Origin: the human T2T-CHM13v2.0 reference genome, Homo sapiens
Reading direction: 5' to 3' (one strand)
Assembly: GCF_009914755.1 (NCBI RefSeq)
Contig: NC_060932.1
DNA length: 64,000 nucleotides
The translations under genes were made by a program, and so were the position numbers. Below the pieces are notes generated by a model. The model was not told where the DNA came from. It searched no databases and worked only from the letters and a program-made list of their open reading frames with translations. How positions within the stretch are numbered: the first letter of the stretch is position 1; each line of letters starts with the position of its first letter. This document shows, one piece after another, positions 53,697 through 64,000 of the stretch.

Positions 53697-56579
53697 CATA
53701 CTCACAATATTGAAGCAAAGAGGGTGGAGAATTCAGAGCCAGGCAGATCTCATGCCCCAGGTATAAGTACCCTCACTACCTACAGCCTGGGTAACACTCA
53801 GTAATTTGATGTATACCTTTAAGTCTTAGAATCCTAATTAGTAGAATGGGATTAAAACCGCCATACCTCAGAGAGTCCTTGTGGGAATTAAATGAGAATC
53901 ATGGGTGCAAACAATTCCCTAGGGAAGTGCCTGCTATGCAGTGACTATTCAATCAATGTTATTTCCTTTCTCCCTTCTCTTAGCTATACATCTATAAAGA
54001 GAGATTCCATTTTTAAAATGCATTCTTAAAGTAAATGACAGTCAAGAACCCCATGAGATGGGTGGGGAGCACTGCCGTCTTTGTAAGAGGGGACATCTTG
54101 TTGGATAGGATCACCTCTCCAGTCCTCATCTATTGATGACAGGGAAGAGAAACCAGAAGATACTGAGAAAATGATCAGATGAACCAAAGAGGTTGTCACC
54201 CGCTGTGGGAAGAGCAATGACCAAGATCTAAGTGACCTTGAGAAGGTCATTCACGTTTCTGGATATATTTCTCACTGTGAGTCTCAAAGATCCCTGTTGC
54301 CACAATGCTTCTATAGACATTCCAAATTTTACATTTTGTTGAAATGTGTCACAATATACAATTTTTTTTTACCAACTTTTCTTTTTTTTTTTTAAATCTT
54401 CCAGAGAAGATGAAAGATGATGTCTAGGCGATTTCAGCTGAGACTCAGTGCTACAGAGCAAGGCAGGGCGTAAGAAGGGACCACATTCTCTTCTCCAAAA
54501 TGAGCCATCCCCTGTGGAAGGTGAGAACCCAGGTGACCAGGCACCCAGTTCTGAATCTTGTCCTCTTCTAATCATTCACTTATGTTCCTTAACTGTATGA
54601 GATTATATTAATGTCATTACCTATTTAATTAATGCCATTATCTATTTATGCGTATTTTATAGGCATATTCCTATTGTATTTATAACTATGTTATGTGTCC
54701 ATAAAATATGTATGTTTTACAGGTGTGAGGGACTCTTCTCATTACTGTGGTTATAAAAATAAATAAGAAAAAGTCCTTCCTCTCATAGTCTTACATTCTA
54801 TTAAAGAAAACAAAAACAAATTCTCAAATAAGAAAAATATCAGATAAATCTGCAGAAAATTAAAATGGGATGGTGTGAGAATAACAGTGACAGCCATTTT
54901 GAGGTGGATGATTCGGGCATGACAATTTTTTTATTGGAAAAGTGAGCCTCCTGGAAGCTCTGAAAGGTCCCACTGCTGCAGTGGCCTTGAGCCAGGCTGG
55001 GTCTTCCGCCAAAACATTCAGGATTCAGACGTAACTGCAGCATCTCTCATTTCAACTAGATGACAGTGCTCCCTGATCAACCTCCTTAATGCCCAGCTCA
55101 GACAACAGGCAGGAAATTAAAGCCTTGGAAAGAGAAATGCAGTCCTTCTCTATCTCTCTGCCTGGTGACTGCTACCGCCCTCCAGCAGGCAAGCAGGCAG
55201 GCGGGCAGGTGGGCGGGCATCTCCTGCAGCTCCGGGGATGGCGTGGAGCGTGCCTCGCTCTCAATTCCCCCTTTTACCATGTCAATGTGGAAAAATACCA
55301 GCTTTGTCCAAAATGAATGCATTTACTTTGCCGAGGATTATCCTGTCTGCCTGTTGCTAATCTCTAAAATAAAGGGCCTGGGTTCTGTTGCCCCCCAACC
55401 CATGTTTAGTGTCTGTCTCTCCATGCCCAGGTTCCAGCCTGCTGTCAGCCGTCAGCCTCGTCTCTTCCCTTGCACAGCCTGAGCATGTGCAGTGATGCTC
55501 AGGAGCTCTTCTGAGTGATGTTTCAATTGAAGTTGATGAGGAGGAAATGACAGGTCATGGCAAGGGAAGGAGAGAGATAATTTTTTGAATAAGTCATTTT
55601 GTCTTGCATTTTCCTGACTCAGCTAGAGAGCGACTGAACAGGAAGCTGCTTCCAAGCCCACAACATTACAATTTGTTTCTACTCCCTTTTTCTCCATAGA
55701 TGCAGGCACTGAGCTAGCAATATCCAAATGACAGAACACAACCTGAATCAGGGAATCACCTTTGATGACTGAAAGGCCATGGGGCCCCCAAAACCCACTT
55801 GCTCATCGTCCTTCATTCACTAGAGGAAGCAAGACAAGCGGGGAGCCATCCTCTGTGTTGCTCTGCACCCTGTGCTAATGCTCCCACCATCCTGCCTTGT
55901 CACTCTTAGTTCACTCTCCTTTACTAGACGCTGGGCCTTTCAGAGCATGACTTCTGTCCTTACCTCAGCATGCCCTCCACCTGGCATCCGACCCGAACCA
56001 GGATGGGTGCTCAGAAGCCCTGTGCTCTGCCCAGCCCCTGCCCTTTCTCAGTGGATCACCGTGGGAGCCTTCTAACTGGCCTCCTTCCTGCAGTCTGTTC
56101 TCAATGCAATAAGACACATGAATGTGTTTAGGGTGCAACCCGGGCCCTGCCACTGCGACCCTCAAAACCCCAGCATGAGCAACCACGACCAGAAATGTAT
56201 GAGATAGGCCCATCTGGAACCTGACATTATTTGATGCAGCTTCAAGAAGCAGTGTTCATAGATTTAGGTAAAATAATGGTATTATGGTTCTGTGTCTCTT
56301 AAAATTCCTTCTCTTTTGGAGACAACATACTGAAATATTTAGAAACAACATGATGTGATGATTTTAGGACTTGCTTTCAGTGAATTCAGTGGTGGGTAGG
56401 AGTGTTGGTATATAGAAAAGAAGTTTTTCAATAACTTATAAATGTTGAGTGCATTTAGGGTATATGAAGGTTCATTTTACTGTCCTTTCTACTTTTGTGT
56501 ATGATCTTTCATCATAAAACATTTTTTTCATCATAAACTTGTTTTTCATCACAAAACATTTTTTGAAAACATGGAAAAG

Positions 56580-56986
56580 CTCCATTGGTTACTCACAGTA
56601 AAAGCCAAAGTCCTTATAATGACCCACAAGGCCTGAAAGGAAGCTCGTCTCCTGCCAGGCCCCTTGCTGGGTCCAGCCACATGGACCTCTGGGCTCCACC
56701 ACTCCACACCTGCGCCTGCCCCAGGACCTCTGCCTGTCAGGCTCTTCCCCAGCTATCAGTTTGGCCAATGTCCTCACCTCTGGAGAGCCTGTTCAAGGAA
56801 AATTGTCTTCATGGGGCCTTCCTGCATCACCTGCTTACATGCTATTTCATCTCTTTCCCCCGGCCTGCCAGAATATAAACAGCATGAGGGCAGGAGCTTC
56901 CTTCTTCCTGAACTACTCACTTGCCTACAACAATGCCTGGTACCCAGTAGATAAAGAAGAAGAAATGTTTGTTGAATGGATGAATT
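56580..56986 (+). mobile_element. LINE-2 3' fragment
   Basis: taaaagccaaagtcctta...catgagggcagg...aatgcctggtacccagtag...aaatgtttgttgaatggatgaat. Confidence 0.6.
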
Positions 56987-58053
56987 TGTGGAAGGAAAGG
57001 TGAGAAGAAAAGGGGCAGGAGGGAATAAAAGCAAGTAAAAGAAAAATAGGAAAAAAATTGGAAAAGGGAACACAAGAGGAAGAAAAGAGAGACTGGTTGA
57101 GAGTCCCCAATAAGATGCCAGCAGAGCCTCAACTAGAAGCCATGTCTGCAGCTATTTTAATTACACCAATGAGTTTCCAAACTGAAGAGGAAGAAGTCCA
57201 GGTCGAAGCTGAGGGGCACAAGCAAGTGTGCAGAGGCAGGATGCCTTCTCAAGGGGGCACTTCCCATATCCAAAACACTGATTTCAATGCTCCCATTGAC
57301 TCCCATGGAAAACTCACTCACTCCTGCAAGGCCACCTCAAACATCACCTTTTCCCTTGGATGTGCCTATTTCCAGCCCCCCGGCTCCTCTCAGTGGCCTC
57401 CCTCAAGCTGAGATCTCCCTCTGTCCTCTGAACATCTGTAGTCTTCCTCAGTCTCCACTGAGGTCATCTGTTTATATGCACTGAGCTCCTTAGCCGACCT
57501 GTGAGCTCCTGGTAGCTGAGACCTTAATGTTTTCAGAAAATCCCAAAGCATTTAGCAGAGTGTCTGTGCATCACAAGAAGTCAACATGAGCTTTCTGACA
57601 GACTGACACATGGAAAGAAAGAAGGGAGAAAATGAGAAGTCAGACTTTGGGGACGCACAGCCGCACGTGCGAATCCCTGAGGGGCCACTGGTGGCTGTGC
57701 TGTATCAGAGCCTGTCCTTCATCTGCAGAAATGGGGATGGCAGAGCTGTTATGGGAGCTGCCATGTAATTGGAGCTCAATAAACACCATATCCTACCCCT
57801 GCCCATCATCACTGCACCCCAACCCCTCACCCTGTTTGCTTCTCTGGATCTCCTTGTTTTATTCCTCAAATCTCCAGACCCAGTGAATTGCCCAATTTCC
57901 AAGGCCTGTGGGTTGTGTTAAGCTCAGATCAGGCCAAGCACCATTGCATGGGTGGCTGGTATTCCTCAGAAGGGTAAAAAGTGTTTCTGAAGATGATGGC
58001 AGTCACCCTGGGAAGCACATCCAGCAGGTTTAAAGAAGTTGTATCTAAGAAGG

Positions 58054-58463
58054 TGATATGGTTTGGCTGTGTCCCCACCCAAATCTCATCTTGACTCCCA
58101 TAATTCCCACGTGTTGTGAGAGGGACCTGGTGGGAGATCATTGAATCATGGGGGCAGTTTCCCCCATACTATTCTTGTGGTAGTGAATAAGTCTCACGAG
58201 ATTTCATGGTTTTACAAGGGAAACCCCTTTCACTTGGTTCTCATTCTCTCCTTGCCTGCTGCCATGTAAGGCATGTCTTTCACCTTCTACCATGATTGTG
58301 AGACCTCCCCAGACACATAAAACTGTGAGTCCATTCACCTTTGGCCGTGATTGTGAGGCCTCCCCAGCCCCATGGAACTGTGAGTCCATTAACTCTCTTT
58401 TCCTTTATAAATTACACAGTCTTGGGTATGTCTTTATCAGCAGCATGAAAATGAACTAATACA
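58054..58463 (+). mobile_element. THE1 (ERVL-MaLR) solo LTR
   Basis: TGATATGGTTTGGCTGTGTCCCCACCCAAATCTCATC...ACTAATACA; 5-bp TSD GAAGG at 58049-58053 and 58464-58468. Confidence 0.93.
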
Positions 58464-59082
58464 GAAGGTATGAGCCTGGTGAGTGAGCTCTGGGCAAGAT
58501 GTTCCCTCCTTGCCTTAACAAGAGTAAATTAGATAAAGATGTAGATTTTAAAAACCTTCACAGTCATCTTTATATAAACAGTTCCACCCATCATCTAACT
58601 CTACTTTGGAAAAATAACAATTGCCCAAGTTCAATGCAAAATGAAAAAAGCTTCACGTACACATTAATTACATAAATGTACAAAGATTGTTGTTTTCTCT
58701 TAAGACTGTGCAGGAGCATGTGCGGGAGCATGTTGAGAGAATGACAGCCATGTCAGCTGTCACATCATGCCGCCCAACCAGGGCCAAGTCCCTTGCTGAG
58801 CACTTTTTCTCCTAACAACACAGCTGATGGTGATATCTTCCCCACTGTAGCAAGAAGTAAACCGGCCTGGAGAGACCAGGTAACTTGCAAGGGTCACACA
58901 GCTGCTGAGACGTGGATCAGCACTTCAATCCCAGGTGCATCTTGTTCTGAAGCCCAGGATCCTTCCACTCTATGGAGGAGGGAGACACCTAGCTTTGACC
59001 CACCTGACTGCCTCACTTGACTGACAGGGAAACTGAGCCAGGGGTGGGGATGCTGAATGGGAAGTGGGGGCGAGTGAATCTC

Positions 59083-59451
59083 TGATACAGTTTGGCTGTG
59101 TCCCCACCCAAATCTCATCTTGAATTGTAACTCCCACAGTTCCCACACACTGTGGGAGGAACCCGGTGGGAGGTGATTGAATTATGGGGGAAGGTCTTTC
59201 CCATGCTGTTCTCATGATAGTAAATGAGCCTCAGAAGAGCTGATGGTTTTAAAAACAGGAGTTTCCCTACACAAGCTCCCTCTTTGCCTGCTGCCACCCA
59301 TGTAAGACGTAACTTGCTCCTCCTTGCCTTCTGCCATGATTGTGGGACCTCCGCAGCCATGTGGAACTGTAAGTCCATTAAACCTCTTCCTTTTGTAAAT
59401 TGCCCAGTCTCGGGTATGTGTTTATTAGCAGCGTGAGAACAGACTAATACA
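59083..59451 (+). mobile_element. Second THE1 (ERVL-MaLR) solo LTR
   Basis: TGATACAGTTTGGCTGTGTCCCCACCC...AGACTAATACA; 5-bp TSD ATCTC at 59078-59082 and 59452-59456. Confidence 0.93.
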
Positions 59452-60163
59452 ATCTCTCTCACCCAGTGCACCTTCCTGATGCCTTTCCCTGCCTCACCTA
59501 GCCTTAAAATAAATTATTTGTAGAATTTTGAGAATTCAAAAGGGTTATAGGAGGCACAGTTCTTTGAAAACCAAAGATCGAAGTTAACCAGTGGGTAAGC
59601 ACAGGTCAGAGTCGGCGCTGAATGAGAAGAGCAGGCCACCCCCTTTCAGAACGGAGGATGTGAACTGTGATGGGGAGGCAACCCCCTTAGACGAAGTCAA
59701 TCCACAGCAAAATATATGGCACTATCCACGTCACTGAGCTACAGATTGTGCAGGCTAAGAGAGGCCATACGTGGAATGAGGGCTGCCTCTCCCAGATGCC
59801 AGGACTCCATTCCTACCCACCCATCAGTGGTGTAAACCTCCAGAGGCAGGAAGCTCACTGGTCCCTGGAGCTACCTGCCCATCTGTGGATGCCTGTGGCC
59901 CTCAGATTGTTAACCATGTGAACTAGTAAAAGGCGATACAAGCTTAACGGTTACAGTTCAACAAATGTGAGCTGACTTCCTGCCCTGTGCCAGGTACCTT
60001 GGTGGGAACTGGGGACACAGAGTTGAGTCTGGCTTTCAGTCCAGTTTGCTGTGGGAGCATTGGAGGGGATAGGGGTACAACCCAAGCATGCTTCTGCAGC
60101 CCTCCTCAGAAAGTACGGCATTGTTTCAAGAGCTGAATTTACTGGTGAATTATACCCTTATGG

Positions 60164-60309
60164 TGTGCACAATCTAGATAGGAAAACAGGTGCTTAATTA
60201 AATTAATTAAATACCATGAGATATCATATCCAATAATGTGCACAATCTAGATAGGAAAACAGGTGCTTAATTAAATTAATTAAATACCATGAGATATGAT
60301 ATTCAATAA
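60164..60309. repeat. 73-bp tandem duplication (2 copies)
   Basis: tgtgcacaatctagataggaaaacaggtgcttaattaaattaattaaataccatgagatat starts at 60164 and again at 60237. Confidence 0.93.
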
Positions 60310-60653
60310 TGGCATGGATATATTAGATGCACTCAGTTGCCTCTTCTCTGTATACCCTCAGCACTGGGCTTCCCTGCTCTGGGGCTGTGATCACCCAATG
60401 GATTCATGTCTCTCTATATATGACTCCTGGCAGACAACAGACTGATCTCCATGTCCCTGAAGCCCAACTCAAGGCAGAACACATAGTAGAACCTCAACCA
60501 TGTTTGATGAACTGAATCCAACCCTTCATTCTACTTCCAATATTCATTTCAAGTCCCTGAAACTGACACTGTCTATCTTCTCTGCATGGCATTATAAAAT
60601 AGGGACCAGTGTGGGTGAGCTGAGGAATCACAAAGAAAAGAGAGTTTACTTAC

Positions 60654-60707
60654 TCGGAGACCTTGCAAACCAGGAGGTCCATCCCTGCCTTCTGGGCCTA
60701 TTGGACC
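60654..60707 (-). CDS. COL22A1: Collagen XXII triple-helix exon, GPIGPEGRDGPPGLQGLR (54 nt; most 5' exon in window)
   Basis: Minus strand: pyrimidine tract ...ctcctaaag|GGT ... CGA|gtaagt; perfect Gly-X-Y; 54 nt. Confidence 0.93.
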
Positions 60708-63700
60708 CTTTAGGAGGGAGAAAAAGGAAAAAGAGAGAGAAACATAATGGTAAATGCAGGGCTCAATGGCATAGCTTAGGCTTTAGAATCTCACCCTCAT
60801 TGAATAGTGTAATACCATCCCATTCTGATGGGGAAATTCGGAGGTCCCATTCTCTCAAACCTATAACACTTTAAAACATGTACATCTATCAGATCTGATT
60901 AAGTATGTTGAGCAGTCAGGATGTAAGAAACCTAGTTCGTACTTTATACTGAGTACTGTAAGCATCCAACAGCTTGCTTTAGTGGTTTGCACAAAGCACA
61001 CAGAAGCGAACTGTCTGGAACCTAAGTGTCTTTGATTCTAAGCCCAGTGCCCTTTCCCTGCAGCCTGCTGGCTCAGAAAGAACTGGCATAGACTATCTGA
61101 CTCTCAGGCAACAGTGATATGCAAAACATGATAGTCTGGACAAATGAATGAAACTGCCTAGGAAAGATCAATATCAATTAACCAAGGAACACTGGCGCAG
61201 GGAGGGGTCATACTGACCTCATTCGAATCCTGCCCCCTCGTCCTGCCTCGATTCTGCCTCATGAGCTCAGGCAAGTCACTTGGTGCCGTTAAACCTCGGT
61301 TATCTCATCTCTGAAGTGGGGATGATACAACCACCTACTGAGCAGTTACGAATGGGTTCTAAAGCTGGGGCACAGCACCCAGGTCCCCTGACAGAACCCT
61401 GATTTATACCACAGAATGAGGCATATCATGTGAGTGGGAAACTGAAACCCTAAGCTTAAGCTGTGACTCTATCACCACTTCTGGGCGAATTTGGCCAGAA
61501 ATGCCCTCTCTGCATTTCAATTTCCACATCTTCGATAAATATTATTTTCATAATTATCATACTAATAGCTACTGCTGCTAAATTTTGCGTAACTGTACGT
61601 GACCAAGCTGCATTTACATCAAAGGTCCTTTCTCTTAATAACGCCATGTAAATGAATAAATCAATGGACAAACTGCAGTAATTAAAGGTGTGGATCTCTC
61701 TTCCTAACAAGGAGATTCTGTTGAGCTCAGGACACACAGAAAGAGAAGGCCCTAAAGGCATGAGATTTTTAAGCGTCAAGAAATGGCTGGCATTGATCTA
61801 CATCTCTGGCCCTTTAGTGACTCCATGAGACATTGGTAAAACTATCAAAGCCTGTTTCATCTTAGGGAATGGATGAAAGATGCCAGCATTTGGATGCAGA
61901 ATGCTGAACACTGTTTCCATTTCGAGAATGGGATATATTTTCCTCTCTCTGGGATTGCTGAACACAAACTCAAAATTTTCCATTCTCAACAGAAGTCACT
62001 GAAGCCAGCTTCTCAATTCAATTCAACCCAATGAATATTTAGAAAGTAACTGCTCTGCAGAAGGCCCCGAGCTAGGTGCTGCTGCGGATTCAAAAGCAGA
62101 GAGAAGTGACAGTTGATATCAGCATTGGGCTCAGTCAGGCTCCATGGGGCTCTGCCTCAGAGAGCAGCTCATTTAACCTCATAGTATGTTTACATAGGAG
62201 AAGATGCTGCTGCGGTAGATTTCCAAGTTAGGGGTGAATCGAATGAGGATCAGAGATTAAGCAATGTCACCAAAGCCACAAAATTACTTGGTGGACAAAT
62301 TGGGCCATGAAATCAGGTGCTCTGGTTCCTAATCCCAAGTACCTTCCATGACCCTATTTCTGTAGCTCATGCTGCAGACAGGTTCACTTTACTGGCCCTC
62401 TTGAACACCTGCCGCAGGGCTAGCTCTACAAGCGTGTGTTAAGTTCCCACCATGTGATAAACCCTGTGGATTGAGAGATGGGAGAGATGTTGGTCCTCGA
62501 CTAAAGAATCTTATAGTCTTGGGCCTCTCATTACTGTTCTTCTCTTAATAAGGCCTTTAGTTAGGCTGTTTGCTTTTTGAACACTCCGAAGGGAATCTTA
62601 TCACTAACATCATGTATTGTACTAAATCCCATTCTGTCTAGGCTAGAAGACATCTTCAGAACCACGGGGAACCCCGTGGGGCATCAGGCTAAGATATCCT
62701 GAATTTTGAAAGTAGGTAGATTCAAGACCATCCGCATGTCCTGTCTAATGGACCCTAGAAATGGTACGTGCAGGGGATTCCAATTCATCATCTAGAAATT
62801 GCAAATGTTTGCTTGCAGTTATTTCTTTTTTCACATAGCTGCTTCTTCAGACTCTGAGGGTGCCTCATGTGTTATTTCATCCCTATATCTTCAGCCTTAG
62901 TATTTTGCTTGATATAAGGTAGGTGGTCACAAACGTTTGAGGTTTCTTCCTTCTCTCCCTCCCTCATTTACTGTAACAAAATCTAGGTAAAGGGTGAGGA
63001 CTACCCATATATTTTCATCTCAGGAAGAGGCCAAGAAGTTTGCCTCATGATTAAGCAGAGCTAGCTATCTTTAGCTTCTTCTTCTGTAATGGGGACCATG
63101 AAGTAAAGTAATTCCCCTTTACGGAGCTCAGAGGAAGGATTGTATACTCCGTGGTGAAAACAGCAGAGGCTGCACAGTCAGATCTAGGTTCAAGTTCAGT
63201 TCTGCTTCTCAAGAGCTATGTGACTTTGTGCAAACCACTCAATGTCTCTGCACTAATGTTTTCATTGGTAAAAGATGAAAAATAACATCTTCACCCTTGC
63301 AGACTTAATATGCATATATTTGCACAAGAAAACATATATAGTATAGACCTTCAATACTTGCCAATAATAGATCTGAAATATACATGTATGTATGCATAGA
63401 AAGGTAAATATTGGAACACACTGCATTCTCCGCATTATCTAGTTTAAATCTCTCAACAGTTACAACAATTGTGGGCAGCTCTGGAAACCGAACCTGGAGA
63501 GGTCACAGAGACATAAGTTAGATTTTCTGATCCAAAATCTTTGATATAAAATTGTTCTAATTTTCCTAGAATTAAACATCCCTTAAGTTTCTTCTAGTTT
63601 TACCCCAGCAAAAACATATAAATATATCCTCATAAAGAGTGGGCCTCAATAGCTTAAAATAAATCTGATCTATGTTCATTTATAAGTCAGTTATTTTATT

Positions 63701-64000
63701 CCTTTCAATAAAATACAGTAACTTGAAAGCAACAGCAGCACATTGCCAGAAGAAGCAACTTTAAAGCAGGGACCCTGTGGAGGGTACTGTATTCTTACTA
63801 ATTATTCTCGATATCTGAACTCACATCATAAGATGATCACAAGGGCCCTTTGGATGGCCGCTTCCCAACTGGTGATTTACATATCATTAAATTCTTAGCA
63901 GGGGGAGAAACCAGAGGCTGAAACGTCCCAGGCCACTGCAAAGTCAGAACTGACCAGAAACATGGGAAAAGTGAGTGCGTTGGAAGTGATTCAGTCGGCA

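Noticed and set aside
58054-59451. Possible LTR-internal-LTR provirus
   Set aside because: Each LTR has its own different TSD, the LTRs differ substantially, and the spacer shows no recognisable MaLR internal sequence

Overview
Primate (almost certainly human) genomic DNA covering part of a collagen gene on the minus strand. Fourteen small phase-0 GT-AG exons (ten of 54 nt, plus 63, 45, 42 and 33 nt; 723 nt, 241 aa) splice into a Gly-X-Y reading frame with one non-collagenous interruption (GT-TSLFTPHPRMP). I recognise the peptide from memory as COL22A1 (collagen XXII). The introns hold a full-length, inactivated L1PA antisense to the gene, L1 3' fragments, several Alus, two independent THE1/MaLR solo LTRs, L2/MER5/L1M relics, four tandem-repeat arrays and two strong CTCF-like motifs. 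Most ORFs in the supplied track are artefacts of repeats. The best leads are hypotheses: (i) decayed collagen-exon-like relics at ~35.4 kb and ~49.9 kb, (ii) a ~155-bp-arm inverted repeat at 22.0-22.7 kb, (iii) inverted Alu pairs bracketing 162-nt exon triplets (circRNA candidates), and (iv) an L1 antisense promoter aimed at an exon ~300 bp away. No prokaryotic-type or clearly novel protein-coding system is evident.
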